Below are positions 7,059 through 17,926 of a stretch of DNA of 28,284 nt, in pieces (the first letter of the stretch is position 1; each line of letters opens with the position of its first letter). The notes under the pieces were generated by a model. The model did no database searches, was not told the DNA's origin, and saw only the letters and a program-made list of their open reading frames with translations. Source of the stretch: a virus (Duplodnaviria > Heunggongvirae > Uroviricota > Caudoviricetes); the IMG/VR virus record IMGVR_UViG_2713896773_000001; one strand, given 5' to 3'. The position numbers were made by a program, and so were the translations under genes.

Positions 7059-7532
7059 ATGGCTGCATTAAAACCTGATGTGAAAGCCTTCATCATTCAG
7101 TCGCTTGCGTGCTATGACACGCCATCGCAGGTGGTCGAGGCTGTCCAAAAAGAATTTGGGATCAAGATCACCCGCCAGCAGGCTGAATCTCACGACCCCA
7201 CGAAGGCCAGCGGTAAGACGCTCGCCAAAAAGTGGATCGAGATGTTCCACGCGACGCGCGAACGGTTCCTGACCGAAACCAGCGACATTCCGATCGCGAA
7301 CAAATCCTATCGCCTCCGCGTGCTTGACCGCATGGCAACCAAAACCGAGGGGATGAAAAACTTCTCCCTGACGGCGCAGCTGATTGAACAGGCCGCGAAA
7401 GAGGTTGGCGACGCTTACACCAATAAGCTGAAGGTTGAGAGCACCGGCAAGGATGGCGGCCCGATCAAGACCGAGACGACCAATCTCACTGCAGATCAGG
7501 CCGCAGAGATTTACCGCAAGATGATGGGGTGA
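7059..7532 (+). CDS. putative terminase small subunit (DUF2280-like)
   Basis: Small basic protein immediately upstream of and overlapping the large terminase gene; assignment by position and from memory of DUF2280-type proteins. Confidence 0.5.
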   Translation: MAALKPDVKAFIIQSLACYDTPSQVVEAVQKEFGIKITRQQAESHDPTKASGKTLAKKWIEMFHATRERFLTETSDIPIANKSYRLRVLDRMATKTEGMKNFSLTAQLIEQAAKEVGDAYTNKLKVESTGKDGGPIKTETTNLTADQAAEIYRKMMG

Positions 7533-7534
7533 TC

Positions 7535-9157
7535 ATGCCTCTCCCGTTTGAATTCGATTTCAGAAACCCTGATTACCAGATGGTTTTTGAATGGCGGATG
7601 GAGCGCTTACAGCGCATTCGCCAGAACCCTGAAATGCTGCCAGCGCTAAAGCAGTTTTACCGCACCAACCCGGCACAGTTCATCATCGACTGGGGTATGA
7701 CTACTGACCCGCGTAACATCGATTATGGCTTGCCGGTCACCATCCCTTTTCTGCTGTTCCCGAAACAGGAAGAGTGGATTCACTGGATCATGGAGCGGCG
7801 CGAACGACTGGAGAACGGCATCACCGAAAAGAGCCGCGAAATGGGGCTCAGCTGGACGGCGATCGGGCTGGCCTGTTCGCTCTGCCTCTTCAACAAAGAA
7901 ATGGTCATCGGCTTCGGCTCCCGTAAAGAGGAATACGTCGACAGTACCGGTGACCCGAAGGCGCTGTTCTGGAAGGCGCGCAAGTTCGTGGAAACGCTGC
8001 CCGTCGAGTTTCGCGGTTCGTGGGACGAGAAGAAACACGCCCCGTACATGCGCGTTGAGTTTCCCGATACTGGCGCGGTCATCAAAGGCGAGGCTGGCGA
8101 CAATATCGGTCGTGGGGACCGTACCACGCTCTACCTGGTGGATGAAGCTGCATTCCTCCAGCGTCCTCTGTTGATTGATGCGGCGCTGTCGCAAACCACC
8201 CGTTGCCGTATTGACCTGAGCTCGGTTAATGGCATGGCGAACCCGTTCGCGCAGAAGCGTCACGGCGGGAAGATACCGGTTTTCACATTCCACTGGCGAG
8301 ATGACCCGCGCAAGGATGAAGAGTGGTATCGCAGGGAGTGCGAGAAAATCGACAATCCGGTGGTGGTGGCGCAGGAACTTGACCTGAACTACAGCGCATC
8401 TGCGGAAGGCGTCCTGATCCCGTCCGACTGGGTACAGGCTGCCGTCGACGCGCATATCAAACTTGGTATTCAGCCAACGGGCAAGCGACTGGGCGCGATG
8501 GACGTCGCCGACGAAGGCCGGGACAAAAACGCCTTTTCGACCCGTCACGGCTTCCTCCTGGAGAACGTGCGGGAATGGTCCGGCGTGGGCAGCGACATTT
8601 ACCAGTCCGTTGAGAAGGTCTTCGGCTTTTGCGAACAGGACAACCTCGAAGAATTTCGCTTCGACGAGGACGGCCTGGGCGCTGGCGTTCGCGGCGATGC
8701 ACGCGCCATCAACGAACTGCGTAACGCTGCGCGCCGACCGTCAATACTCGCCACACCGTTTCGCGGTAGCGGCGCGGTGTTTGATCCGGACGACGAAGCG
8801 GTGCGCGGCGACAACGGACAGGCCGCCCGCCTGAATAAGGACTTCTTCGCTAACGCCAAGGCCCAGAGCTGGTGGCATTTACGCAAGCTTTTCCAGAACA
8901 CCTATCGCGCCGTGGTTGAGGGCATGGCCTACAACCCGGACGAAATCATCTCAATCAGCAGCGCCATGGCGAGCAAAGACAAACTCATCATCGAGCTGTC
9001 GCAGCCGACCTACTCCATTAATGGCGTGGGGAAAATCGTTGTTGATAAACAGCCTGATGGCACCAAGTCGCCGAACCTCGCCGACTCGGTGATGATCAGC
9101 TACGCGCCAATGAATTCAGCCCTGAACATCTGGGAGCTGCTAGGGAGACAGGCCTGA
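7535..9157 (+). CDS. terminase large subunit
   Basis: About 540 aa, with a hydrophobic-DE Walker B-like motif (LYLVDEAAF) and a C-terminal nuclease-like region; sits between the small terminase and portal genes. GTG at 7529 is an alternative start. Confidence 0.85.
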   Translation: MPLPFEFDFRNPDYQMVFEWRMERLQRIRQNPEMLPALKQFYRTNPAQFIIDWGMTTDPRNIDYGLPVTIPFLLFPKQEEWIHWIMERRERLENGITEKSREMGLSWTAIGLACSLCLFNKEMVIGFGSRKEEYVDSTGDPKALFWKARKFVETLPVEFRGSWDEKKHAPYMRVEFPDTGAVIKGEAGDNIGRGDRTTLYLVDEAAFLQRPLLIDAALSQTTRCRIDLSSVNGMANPFAQKRHGGKIPVFTFHWRDDPRKDEEWYRRECEKIDNPVVVAQELDLNYSASAEGVLIPSDWVQAAVDAHIKLGIQPTGKRLGAMDVADEGRDKNAFSTRHGFLLENVREWSGVGSDIYQSVEKVFGFCEQDNLEEFRFDEDGLGAGVRGDARAINELRNAARRPSILATPFRGSGAVFDPDDEAVRGDNGQAARLNKDFFANAKAQSWWHLRKLFQNTYRAVVEGMAYNPDEIISISSAMASKDKLIIELSQPTYSINGVGKIVVDKQPDGTKSPNLADSVMISYAPMNSALNIWELLGRQA

Positions 9158-10626
9158 TGGCACGAAACAAGCAATCCTCTCAGCGAACGGCACAGCCCAC
9201 CGCTGACGGCTACGAGAACTTCGTCGCCCGCGTTGGGATGCAGACGCCTAACCAGCATTCAGCATCGACCTACCGGGCGAACTCCACCAGCCGCAACCGC
9301 ATGCTGGTGGAATGGTCATATCGCGGTTCGTGGGTTATCGGTGAAGCGGTCGACGCTATCCCGGACGATATGACCCGAAAGGGCATTCGCATCACTTCGG
9401 AGATTGACGCCAAAGACCGTGGCACCCTCGAAGCGCAACTGGATGAGTTGCAGATCTGGGATGCGCTGAACGACGTGCTGAAATGGTCGCGTCTCTACGG
9501 CGGCGCGGTCGGCTTCATCATGATCGAGGGGCAAGCACCAATGACCCCGCTGCGACTCGAAACCATTGGCGAGGGCAAGTTTAAGGGCATTCTCCCGCTC
9601 GACCGCTGGATGATTAACCCGGTGCTGACACGCCGCATTAAAGAGATGGGGCCGGACCTCGGCAAGCCTGAGTTTTACGACGTGGTGACCACCGCAACGG
9701 GCATTCCGGCCTGGCGCATCCATCACAGCCGCCTGATCCGCTTTGATGGCGTCACGCTGCCATTCCAGCAGAAGATGACCGAAAACGAATGGGGAATGTC
9801 GGTTGTAGAGCGTATCTGGGATCGGCTTACTGCGTTCGATAGCGCCACTGTCGGCGCGGCGCAGCTGGTCTATAAAGCGCATCTGCGTACCTATAGCGTG
9901 GAGAAGTTGCGCGAGCTTATCGCGCTTGGAGGCCCGGCGTTCGAGGCGCTGCTGAAGAACATCGACCTGATCCGCCAGTTCCAGAGCAATGAAGGCATGA
10001 CGCTCATGGACTCGCGGGATAAGTTCGAAACCCACCAGTACAGCTTCAGCGGTCTGGATGACATTCTTTCGCAGTTTGCTGAGCAGATCAGCGGTGCCGT
10101 TGGTATCCCGCTGGTACGCCTGTTCGGTCAATCCCCGAAAGGCTTCTCTACTGGTGATGCAGACCTCGCCAACTATTACGACCGGGTGAGCTCATTGCAG
10201 GAGCGCCGCTTACGGCTGCCGATGCGCCGGATACTGGACATTATGCACCGCTCGGAACTCGGAAAGCCGCTGCCGGACGATTTCACGTTTGAGTTTAACC
10301 CGCTATGGCAAATGTCAGACGTTGACCGATCAACGGTGGCCGTAAACACCACCAACGCGATCAGTACCGCGCTGGGCGACGGATTGATGACGCGTAAGGC
10401 GGCGATGACCGACCTGCGCGAAAACTCTGACGTCACCGGCATCGGGGCATCCATTACCGACGAGGATATCGAGAATGCCGAAGACGAAGCGCCGCCAGGC
10501 ATCGGCGAACTTGGCGACAAACCGCCAGAGTCGCCAGGCGGAGATCCGATATCGAACGAGCCTACGGCAGATAGCGCGGGCGGTCGGGGATATCGTAAAT
10601 GGGCGCTACGATGGTTCAAACGATAG
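9157..10626 (+). CDS. portal protein (DUF1073-type)
   Basis: 489 aa, ATGA-coupled to the large terminase; size and position typical of a portal; acidic low-complexity C-terminus. Confidence 0.8.
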   Translation: MARNKQSSQRTAQPTADGYENFVARVGMQTPNQHSASTYRANSTSRNRMLVEWSYRGSWVIGEAVDAIPDDMTRKGIRITSEIDAKDRGTLEAQLDELQIWDALNDVLKWSRLYGGAVGFIMIEGQAPMTPLRLETIGEGKFKGILPLDRWMINPVLTRRIKEMGPDLGKPEFYDVVTTATGIPAWRIHHSRLIRFDGVTLPFQQKMTENEWGMSVVERIWDRLTAFDSATVGAAQLVYKAHLRTYSVEKLRELIALGGPAFEALLKNIDLIRQFQSNEGMTLMDSRDKFETHQYSFSGLDDILSQFAEQISGAVGIPLVRLFGQSPKGFSTGDADLANYYDRVSSLQERRLRLPMRRILDIMHRSELGKPLPDDFTFEFNPLWQMSDVDRSTVAVNTTNAISTALGDGLMTRKAAMTDLRENSDVTGIGASITDEDIENAEDEAPPGIGELGDKPPESPGGDPISNEPTADSAGGRGYRKWALRWFKR

Positions 10627-11248
10627 CGTCACCGAAATAATGGATGCGCTGGAGCGCTACAGCGAAATCATCACCCCCTGGGCGACGAAGGTTGCTGAGA
10701 ACTTCACCGCAGACATAGCGCGCCAGAATGAAAAGCAGTGGCGTCAGCACAGCCGGAACATCAGCGCAGAACTACGCAACATGGTCGACCGCGCCCCGGT
10801 AGGCCAGGTGATGAAATCCATCGTCGCCGAGCAAATTAAGTACATCAAATCGCTGCCTCTTGAGGCCGCCGATCGGGTGTATGACATTCAGAACAAAGCC
10901 ATCGAGGCCGTTGTGACTGGTGGCCGCGCTGAGCCATTCGCGAAAGAGATAGCTGCGTCCGGTGACGTTTCACGCTCACGAGCGAACCTTATCGCACGTA
11001 CCGAGCTTGGACGCGCAACCGGCGCGCTGGATCAGGCGCGTGCGCTGTCAATCGGCTCGAATGGTTATATCTGGCGTACAGCCGAAGATGGCGACGTCCG
11101 GCATTCTCATCGAGAGATGGAAGGGAAGTTTGTCGAATGGGGCCGACCTCCAACGCTTGACGGCATGACCGGTCACGCCGGGGAGTTACCTAACTGCCGT
11201 TGCTACAAAGAAATCGTATTCCCGACACCTCATCCCTATCTCGCCTGA
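10475..11248 (+). CDS. head morphogenesis protein (Mu F / SPP1 gp7 family); start uncertain (ATG 10475 overlapping the portal, or ATG 10640)
   Basis: Minor head protein conserved region including the HSHREMEGK...PNCRCY C-terminal motif; the long ORF overlaps the portal 3' end by 152 nt. Confidence 0.7.
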   Translation: MPKTKRRQASANLATNRQSRQAEIRYRTSLRQIARAVGDIVNGRYDGSNDSVTEIMDALERYSEIITPWATKVAENFTADIARQNEKQWRQHSRNISAELRNMVDRAPVGQVMKSIVAEQIKYIKSLPLEAADRVYDIQNKAIEAVVTGGRAEPFAKEIAASGDVSRSRANLIARTELGRATGALDQARALSIGSNGYIWRTAEDGDVRHSHREMEGKFVEWGRPPTLDGMTGHAGELPNCRCYKEIVFPTPHPYLA

Positions 11249-11262
11249 ATTGCAGGTAACCC

Positions 11263-11463
11263 ATGGAAAAAACAATCTATTTCCTGAAAGAACAGGCCAG
11301 CGAAGCTACGCGCATCACTGCTAAATACAATGGCGTAGAGGCTATTTATCAATCTGTTGGTGATAGAGCAAAGCGCTGCCAACTTATAGGTCGTGGTAAT
11401 GCGCGTCAGATAAAGCATCTGCTGCGTGAGTTTATTAAATCCACTAAGGCGGCGGATGGATGA
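11263..11463 (+). CDS. small hypothetical protein (66 aa)
   Basis: ORF with AGGT upstream, coupled to the next gene (ATGA). Confidence 0.45.
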   Translation: MEKTIYFLKEQASEATRITAKYNGVEAIYQSVGDRAKRCQLIGRGNARQIKHLLREFIKSTKAADG

Positions 11464-12692
11464 AATATTTCTTCTACACCCGGCTGGGGGAAACCCGCTA
11501 TCAGCTGGCTGACGGCTCGCTGCTGTGCAAAGACGTGCCGATAGGTCGAACGGGTAAGCAGCTCTATGGTGCTGATGACCTGCCAAAACTGAAACCCGAT
11601 AAGTTCGGTGAAATAGTCGTCACGCGTTCTCCTGAGCAGGTATTCCATCCGGCCACGCTCGCCTCATTCGAAGGGATGAGCATCACGATCCTGCATCCTG
11701 AAGATGAAAACGGGAATGTGCGGCTGGTCAACCCCGAGAACTGGAAAGAGCTTGCGGTCGGGCATCTTCAGAACGTTCGGCGCATGACTGGTGATCAGTC
11801 TGATTTGATGCTGGCTGACCTTATCGTCAAAGACGAAAACGCCATTCAGCTTATCGAAGATGGCCTGCGTGAAGTGTCGTGCGGCTATGACGCGGAGTAC
11901 GAGCAGACCGAGCCAGGTAAAGCCGAGCAGGTCGATATTACCGGAAACCATGTGGCTCTTGTCCCCAAAGGCAGAGCCGGAAATCGTTGTGCAATTGGAG
12001 ACAGAGACACAATGGCAAATCAAAAGAAAAGCTGGTGGACCCGCATGCGCACGGCCATCAAAACGGGTGACGCTGACACCATGAACGAACTGCTGGACTC
12101 TGCGCCAGCGGCGGTAACGGGTGACGAAGGGGATCTGCCGAGCGGCGTTAACCTCAACATTAACCTTTCACCGCAGCAACCATTGCCGGACAAAAAGCCG
12201 GAAATGGGCGGAGATCCAACCGGCGACGGCGAGGACGATATCAAAACCTTGCTCAAAGCCCTGCTGGCTAAGCTCGAAGGAACTGCGACGGGCGATAACG
12301 ACAATAAGCCTGACGAAAAAGACAAAAAAGATCCGACCGGCGACGGCGAGGACGACGAAGAGGAAACCACGATTACCGGTGACTCTGCCTATCGTGCCGA
12401 GGTTATCGTCCCGGGTATCGATCTGAGCCGTAAGGTGAAACCGACCGCGTTCAAACGTGATGTGCTGGCTGCCGCTGACAAAACACTGGTTCGCCAGGTT
12501 GTCGGTGATGCGGATATCCGCAAATTGCCCAAGCAATCGGTAGATATGGCGTTTAACGCCGTGTCAGAGATTGCCAAAGGGCGAAACACCCGCAGCACCA
12601 CGGGCGATGCACAACGTCCAAATATGGGCATGACCAGCATCGCTTCCCTGAACAAACAAAACGCCGACTTCTGGTCTAACCGCAAAGGATAA
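11460..12692 (+). CDS. putative scaffold / prohead-protease-like protein (DUF2213-like) with acidic repeat region
   Basis: Position between the head morphogenesis and capsid genes; acidic C-terminal half containing two DPTGDGEDD repeats. Confidence 0.55.
   Translation: MKYFFYTRLGETRYQLADGSLLCKDVPIGRTGKQLYGADDLPKLKPDKFGEIVVTRSPEQVFHPATLASFEGMSITILHPEDENGNVRLVNPENWKELAVGHLQNVRRMTGDQSDLMLADLIVKDENAIQLIEDGLREVSCGYDAEYEQTEPGKAEQVDITGNHVALVPKGRAGNRCAIGDRDTMANQKKSWWTRMRTAIKTGDADTMNELLDSAPAAVTGDEGDLPSGVNLNINLSPQQPLPDKKPEMGGDPTGDGEDDIKTLLKALLAKLEGTATGDNDNKPDEKDKKDPTGDGEDDEEETTITGDSAYRAEVIVPGIDLSRKVKPTAFKRDVLAAADKTLVRQVVGDADIRKLPKQSVDMAFNAVSEIAKGRNTRSTTGDAQRPNMGMTSIASLNKQNADFWSNRKG
12213..12355 (+). 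repeat. two copies of a 26-nt direct repeat (GATCCRACCGGCGACGGCGAGGACGA) 117 nt apart inside the scaffold-like gene
   Basis: Copies at 12213-12238 and 12330-12355 with one mismatch; encode the DPTGDGEDD repeats. Confidence 0.6.
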
Positions 12693-12696
12693 TCCA

Positions 12697-13200
12697 ATGA
12701 CTGCATATCTGTACCGGATGCCTGTTGGCATTGCCGGGGCTATCTCTCGCCCGCAGGACTTAACCGTCGAACCGGTGATCCTTAAATCCGCTAACGCCTT
12801 CGCTGCCTATGGTCTGGCTGGCAAATATGACGCTGACGGCTTTTTCGTGCCGCTGGCGGACGGTGACACCGCCGACAAGGTGAAGGGGATCTACGTTCGT
12901 CCGTATCCGACCACATCGCAGCCAGACATGGTTCGCCAGGTGGGGACGGATAAGAACTTCCCGGGTGACGCCATGAAGCGTGGCTACATGACCGTTAATC
13001 TCGGTTCTGATTTTGATGCCAGCACCATCAAAAAAGGCGACCCGGTATACGTTGTCGTCTCCACTGATGAATCCATAAAAGTGCCGCTGGGCGGCTTCAT
13101 GTCCACGTCCGTCAGTGGCAAAAACGTGGCGCTGACCAACGCCGAATTCACAGGGGCCGGTGACGCTAACGGCAATGTAGAAATCTCCTGGAAGATTTAA
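12697..13200 (+). CDS. putative head structural / decoration-type protein
   Basis: AAGGA upstream; sits between the scaffold-like and major capsid genes. Confidence 0.45.
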   Translation: MTAYLYRMPVGIAGAISRPQDLTVEPVILKSANAFAAYGLAGKYDADGFFVPLADGDTADKVKGIYVRPYPTTSQPDMVRQVGTDKNFPGDAMKRGYMTVNLGSDFDASTIKKGDPVYVVVSTDESIKVPLGGFMSTSVSGKNVALTNAEFTGAGDANGNVEISWKI

Positions 13201-13211
13201 GGAACAGACAA

Positions 13212-14153
13212 ATGATTACTTTTGATCAGGCAACCGTAGATAGCTCCGGTGCCTTTCTCATCGGGGAGCTGGAGCGACTCGACCAGACGCTGAACCTGCC
13301 TCTGGTGGGGTACACCTGGACCCGAGATATTCAACTGCGTGAAGACGTGTCTATCGCAGATGACATTTCCAGCTGGACGAATACCAGCTTCGCCGCTGCG
13401 GGTACTGGTGCAAATCCGAATGGTAAAAACTGGGTAGGCAAAGACTCCACCGCTATTGCTGGCGTGAACGTGGATATCAGCAAAGACGGCAATCCACTGA
13501 ACCTCTGGGGTATGGAACTGGGCTGGACCGTTGTAGAGCTGGCAGCTGCTCAGCAGGTAGGCCGCCCGATTGATACCCAGAAGTACGACGGGATGCAGCT
13601 CAAATGGCAGATGGACAACGACGAGCAGGTTTACATCGGTGATGACGCACTCGGCCTGAAAGGTCTGGCAAACCTCGTCGGTGTGACGCTGAACAACGCG
13701 CCGAAGACCTGGGCGAACTCAACCAACGACGAGATCCTCGATAGCGTGAACAGCATTCTGTCTAATGCCTGGGCAGCATCCGGTTATTCCATCGTGCCTT
13801 CTGATCTGCGCATTCCGCCAGAGCAGTATTCACTGCTGGCGAGCCGTAAGGTTTCCGAAGCGGGTAACCAGTCACTGCTGACCTATCTGGCTGTGAACAC
13901 TATCGCTTTCCACCAGAACGGCGTTCCGCTTGAAATCAAAGCGGTCAAATGGCTGAAAGGGCGTGGGGTTGGCGGTAAAGACCGTATGATCGCCTACACC
14001 AACGACAAGAAATACGTGCGCTATCCGCTGGTGCCGTTGCAGAGCGTTCCTGTCCAGTATCGCGGTCTGTATCAGATTGCGACCTACTACGGCAAGCTCG
14101 GTGCGGTTGAGCCAGTGTACAAAGAAACCCTGTCCTACGTGGACGGTATCTGA
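13212..14153 (+). CDS. major capsid protein
   Basis: 313 aa, good Shine-Dalgarno, position after the scaffold and decoration genes, followed by a stable stem-loop. Confidence 0.7.
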   Translation: MITFDQATVDSSGAFLIGELERLDQTLNLPLVGYTWTRDIQLREDVSIADDISSWTNTSFAAAGTGANPNGKNWVGKDSTAIAGVNVDISKDGNPLNLWGMELGWTVVELAAAQQVGRPIDTQKYDGMQLKWQMDNDEQVYIGDDALGLKGLANLVGVTLNNAPKTWANSTNDEILDSVNSILSNAWAASGYSIVPSDLRIPPEQYSLLASRKVSEAGNQSLLTYLAVNTIAFHQNGVPLEIKAVKWLKGRGVGGKDRMIAYTNDKKYVRYPLVPLQSVPVQYRGLYQIATYYGKLGAVEPVYKETLSYVDGI

Positions 14154-14163
14154 TAACCAGAAC

Positions 14164-14179
14164 GGCCCCGAAAGGGGCC
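14164..14179 (+). promoter_or_regulatory. GC stem-loop with GAAA tetraloop (GGCCCC-GAAA-GGGGCC), no T-run, directly after the capsid gene
   Basis: Perfect 6-bp GC stem seen directly; candidate transcript-stability or attenuation element. Confidence 0.4.
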
Positions 14180-14194
14180 AGAAGGGAACTGAAA

Positions 14195-14584
14195 ATGGCG
14201 AAAGAAAAGCTGGTTACCATCCATGTTCACACCCCGTTTACGCTGACGCTCGGCGATCAGTCAAAAAGGGAGTTTGGCCGGGGACGGCATAACGTACCGG
14301 AAGAGGTCGCGTCGCACTGGTTCACCCAGGCGCACTCCGAGCTTTCCGAAAGCGTGATTAGCGACACCGATGATCTGCAACCCATTATCGACAGCCTGCA
14401 AGCTCAGATTGCCGACAAAGATAAGCAGATTATCGATAAAGATCAGTTGATTGCCGATCTGCGAGAAGCGCTGCTCAAGCTGCAAGAGCAGAACGACAGC
14501 CTGCAAGCGCAGATTGCTGCCGCCCAGACTGGCGGTAATGGGGCGAAAGATGCCAAAGAATCAAAGCCTGCCAACAGTAAGTGA
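14195..14584 (+). CDS. hypothetical virion-associated protein with C-terminal coiled coil
   Basis: GAAGGGA upstream; heptad-like [32 protein letters not shown] region. Confidence 0.5.
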   Translation: MAKEKLVTIHVHTPFTLTLGDQSKREFGRGRHNVPEEVASHWFTQAHSELSESVISDTDDLQPIIDSLQAQIADKDKQIIDKDQLIADLREALLKLQEQNDSLQAQIAAAQTGGNGAKDAKESKPANSK

Positions 14585-14957
14585 TTTTCGGCGCGACTTT
14601 CCACAGTTTGCTGACCCTGCCAAATATCCCGAAGCACAAATCCAGTTTCGTCTGAATCTGGCTGATGTGCTGCTGAGCGAAAACGTCACCGGCAAAGAGT
14701 TGTTTCCGTACTTTGTCGAGTTGTTCGTGGCTCACTACATGACGCTCTGGGCGGCAGATAGCCGGGCAATGCTCGTCGGCGGCCCGGGTGGCTCAACCAA
14801 TGGTGTTCAGTCCTCCAAGTCCGTTGACAAGGTAAGCGTCAGCTATGACACCAGCGCGACGCTAAACCCTGACGCAGGCTTCTGGAATAACACCCGATAT
14901 GGCGCTGAATTTTATCAGCTGATCACGATGTTCGGTGCGGGCGGTCGCCAGCTATGA
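14550..14957 (+). CDS. putative head-tail adaptor (DUF4054-like)
   Basis: [22 protein letters not shown]-terminal motif resembles DUF4054 proteins; start taken at ATG 14550 rather than the upstream ATG of ORF 14451. Confidence 0.5.
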   Translation: MPKNQSLPTVSDFRRDFPQFADPAKYPEAQIQFRLNLADVLLSENVTGKELFPYFVELFVAHYMTLWAADSRAMLVGGPGGSTNGVQSSKSVDKVSVSYDTSATLNPDAGFWNNTRYGAEFYQLITMFGAGGRQL

Positions 14958-15508
14958 GTTTCAAAAGTGGTGTAACAACGAGGGTTGATAACGCTCAGGC
15001 CATTCTGGATGCGCTCCGGTCGCTAACCAAAAAGGATGTGCTGGTGGGCATCCCGGAAGAAGACAGCGAGCGTGAGGATGTTCCGTTTGGTAATGCCGGG
15101 ATCGGTTACGTCAACGAATACGGCTCACCAGCGCAAAACATACCCCCACGCCCGCACCTGATCCCCGGCGTTAAATCCGTAGAGGAACAGACGGTGCCGC
15201 AGCTCAAAGCAGCGGCGCAGGCTGCGCTTGATGGAAATGCGGCGGGTGCGGAAAGAGCGCTTAACCGCGCCGGAACGCTGGCCGCGAATGGTGTCAGGCG
15301 TTACATGACCATTACCGGCTTTACACCGCTTGCTGATAGCACCGTTGAAGCACGCGCACGCCGTGGGCGCAAAGGGGCAAAAGAGGAACTTGCGCGGCGC
15401 GCTGCTGGTGAGTCTCCTGGAACCGATCTGGTGAAACCGCTAATCGACACCGGGCAATATCGCAGAGCTATTACCCATATTGTGAGGGATAAAGATGCCG
15501 ACTCTTGA
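14954..15508 (+). CDS. hypothetical head-tail joining / neck protein
   Basis: ATGA-coupled ORF in the head-tail region. Confidence 0.45.
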   Translation: MSFKSGVTTRVDNAQAILDALRSLTKKDVLVGIPEEDSEREDVPFGNAGIGYVNEYGSPAQNIPPRPHLIPGVKSVEEQTVPQLKAAAQAALDGNAAGAERALNRAGTLAANGVRRYMTITGFTPLADSTVEARARRGRKGAKEELARRAAGESPGTDLVKPLIDTGQYRRAITHIVRDKDADS

Positions 15509-15884
15509 TGTAACAGACGTGCTTTTTGACCCCGATTTTTGCGACTTCAACCTGTGGGTAACGCGTCGCGCGCAAACGGTGGACGATGACGGGATCGGCA
15601 GCGACAGCGAAGTTAAAACGCAGTTTGCCGGGGTTGTTACTGTTGACCGCTCCCTGGAAAACCGCCGCATGCAGGCCGGGCAGGTTATCAGCGGCGCGAT
15701 TCTCATCGTGACAACTGAGCGGCTGACGCAGGGGCAGACTGGCCGTGATGCCGATATCGTGACGTATCAGAACCGTGATTATCGCGTGACATTCGTCGAC
15801 CCGTATACGGCTTACGGTGCTGGCTTCGTCCAGGCTCATTGTGAATTACTGCCGTTTGATGGGGGAACTCCCATTGAGCAATAA
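15495..15884 (+). CDS. hypothetical head-tail joining protein
   Basis: ORF overlapping the upstream stop, in the structural operon. Confidence 0.45.
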   Translation: MPTLDVTDVLFDPDFCDFNLWVTRRAQTVDDDGIGSDSEVKTQFAGVVTVDRSLENRRMQAGQVISGAILIVTTERLTQGQTGRDADIVTYQNRDYRVTFVDPYTAYGAGFVQAHCELLPFDGGTPIEQ

Positions 15885-16422
15885 CACCAGCACAGAGCGC
15901 GGCTGGCTGATACCAACCAGTGGCGATCCGGATTATGACGAAGCGCTCGACAGGCTGCTAAGCCAGTGGATGCGCAATGTTTCCGGCTTGCCGTCTGGAA
16001 TGGTTCGTCCGCGCTGGCAGAAAAATCAGCCGCCACAGCCACCCGTTGAAACGAACTGGTGCGCGTTTGGCGTTACCGGGTTGCTCATTGATAACAACCC
16101 TGCATTCACCAATCAGACCGACGAGGGCGCTCAGCTCTGGCGGCATGAAACGTTCGAGTGCATGGCGTCGTTCTATGGCCCGGCTGGTATGTCTTATGCG
16201 TCCCGTTTTCGCGATGGCATATCTGTCCCGCAAAACAATGCTGAGCTGAACGCGCTTGGTTTGTCTCTGGGCGACTATACCGGTCTGACCCCTTTCCCCG
16301 AACTTATCAACCAGCAATGGGTTCGCCGCTACGACATGACGGTGCGCCTGCGCCGCAAAGTTATCCGCGAATACGGCATCAAATCGCTGGTGGAAGCGCC
16401 AGTCACCTTTTTTGGAGAATAA
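15859..16422 (+). CDS. hypothetical tail-completion-type protein; start uncertain (15817 or 15859)
   Basis: ORF-track ORF 15817..16422 immediately upstream of the sheath gene. Confidence 0.45.
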   Translation: MGELPLSNNTSTERGWLIPTSGDPDYDEALDRLLSQWMRNVSGLPSGMVRPRWQKNQPPQPPVETNWCAFGVTGLLIDNNPAFTNQTDEGAQLWRHETFECMASFYGPAGMSYASRFRDGISVPQNNAELNALGLSLGDYTGLTPFPELINQQWVRRYDMTVRLRRKVIREYGIKSLVEAPVTFFGE

Positions 16423-16425
16423 ACT

Positions 16426-17916
16426 ATGCCTAACGGCTTATCTGTTCAGCGCGTCGTAAACGTGCAGGTCACGCTCGCCGTTCGCGCGGCGCTCGGGCGT
16501 AATTTTGGCGCGCTGCTGGTGCTTGGCACCTCAACCGTCATTACGGCACCAGAAGTCATGCGCCTTTATCAGGACATTGAAAGCGTCGCCACCGACTTTG
16601 GCACGAGTGCCGAAGAATACAAAGCAGCAAACCTGTATTTCCAGCAATCGCCGCAGCCGCGTGATCTGTATATCGGCAAACTGGACCGCACCTCGACACC
16701 TGCCACCGCTGGCAAGCTTATCGGGGCAGTGCTTTCAAGTTCAGAGCAGACGCTGGCTAACTTTACCGCTGTGACAGCTGGCGCTCTGAAACTATCAATC
16801 AACGGCACTGTATCAACGATCACCGGTATTAACCTGTCTGCCGCTTCCAACCTGGCTGGCGTGGCAACTGCCATCACCGCCAAACTGACCGGCGCTACGG
16901 TCTCCTGGGTGCCTGGCTCCAGCCAGTTTGTCATTACGTCTGGTACGACCGGCGCAAAGTCAGCGATCGGTATTCCAACGGCGGCCGGAACGGGTACTGA
17001 CCTGGCTCCACTACTGGGCATTGATTCAGCACACAACCCCACGGTGGTAAACGGCCAGGCGGCGTCCTCTTCAGTTCTCCCGTCGGTCACTACCGCCCTG
17101 AACTACTCCGCCGACTGGTATGGCCTGGTAATTGCCGACACGGCGATGACAGATCAGGACCATATCGATGTTTCCGCGCTGATTGGCTCTGCAAGTGACT
17201 CCCGCGTGTATGGTGTAACCACTTCCGCATCGGCGGTTCTGGATGCAACCAGTACCACGGATATTGCCTACAAGCTGAAAGCGGCGGGTTACGGTCGTAC
17301 ATTCTGTCAGTACAGCAATGTTCCTTATGCAGCTGCTTCAGCGTTCGGACGTGCGTTCACCGTGAATTTCCTGGGGAATAACACCACTATCACGCTGAAG
17401 TTTAAGCAGGAGCCGGGTATTACCGCCGAGACAATCACTGCGCAGCAGGCCAACACGCTGAAGGCCAAGAACTGTAACGTGTTTGTGCGCTACGCCAACG
17501 ATACCGCCATCATTCAGGAAGGCGTGATGTCCAATGGCGACTTCTTCGACGAGCGCCATGGTCTCGACTGGTTGCAGAACTACGTTCAGACCAACCTCTA
17601 TAACCTGCTTTACACCAGCACCACCAAAATTCCGCAGACTGATGCCGGTGTGACCCGTCTGCTTTCCAACGTTGAACAGTCCATGGATCAGTCCGTCAAG
17701 AATGGTCTGGTAGCGGCTGGCGTGTGGAATGGTGGCCCTATCGGGCAACTGAATTCCGGCGATACGCTGACTAAAGGTTATTACGTGTATGCGCAACCTC
17801 TGTCCGAACAGGCGCAGGCCGACCGAGAAGCTCGCAAAGCACCGTTAATCCAGGTGGCCTGTAAGCTGGCTGGCGCAGTTCATTATGCCGATGTGCAGAT
17901 CAACGTGGTTCGCTAA
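16426..17916 (+). CDS. contractile tail sheath protein (DUF3383-like)
   Basis: 496 aa, GGAG upstream, followed by a tube-sized gene, chaperone and tape measure; family assignment by position and memory. Confidence 0.7.
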   Translation: MPNGLSVQRVVNVQVTLAVRAALGRNFGALLVLGTSTVITAPEVMRLYQDIESVATDFGTSAEEYKAANLYFQQSPQPRDLYIGKLDRTSTPATAGKLIGAVLSSSEQTLANFTAVTAGALKLSINGTVSTITGINLSAASNLAGVATAITAKLTGATVSWVPGSSQFVITSGTTGAKSAIGIPTAAGTGTDLAPLLGIDSAHNPTVVNGQAASSSVLPSVTTALNYSADWYGLVIADTAMTDQDHIDVSALIGSASDSRVYGVTTSASAVLDATSTTDIAYKLKAAGYGRTFCQYSNVPYAAASAFGRAFTVNFLGNNTTITLKFKQEPGITAETITAQQANTLKAKNCNVFVRYANDTAIIQEGVMSNGDFFDERHGLDWLQNYVQTNLYNLLYTSTTKIPQTDAGVTRLLSNVEQSMDQSVKNGLVAAGVWNGGPIGQLNSGDTLTKGYYVYAQPLSEQAQADREARKAPLIQVACKLAGAVHYADVQINVVR

Positions 17917-17926
17917 GGAGCGATAA

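Noticed and set aside
7646-8548. 300-aa minus-strand ORF inside the large terminase gene
   Set aside because: Antisense shadow ORF in GC-rich coding sequence with Arg/Ala/Pro-rich low-complexity translation and no start context; the + strand terminase is clearly the real gene.
9316-10131. 271-aa minus-strand ORF inside the portal gene
   Set aside because: Antisense shadow of a well-supported + strand gene; nothing on the minus strand elsewhere in this operon.
12020-12370. Ser/Pro-rich minus-strand ORF
   Set aside because: Antisense shadow of the acidic repeat region of the scaffold-like gene.
16569-17090. Minus-strand ORFs inside the sheath gene, and similar ones inside the tape measure, baseplate J and fiber genes (18911-19534, 25496-25903, 27081-27674)
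   Set aside because: All lie fully within strongly supported + strand structural genes and have shadow-ORF composition.
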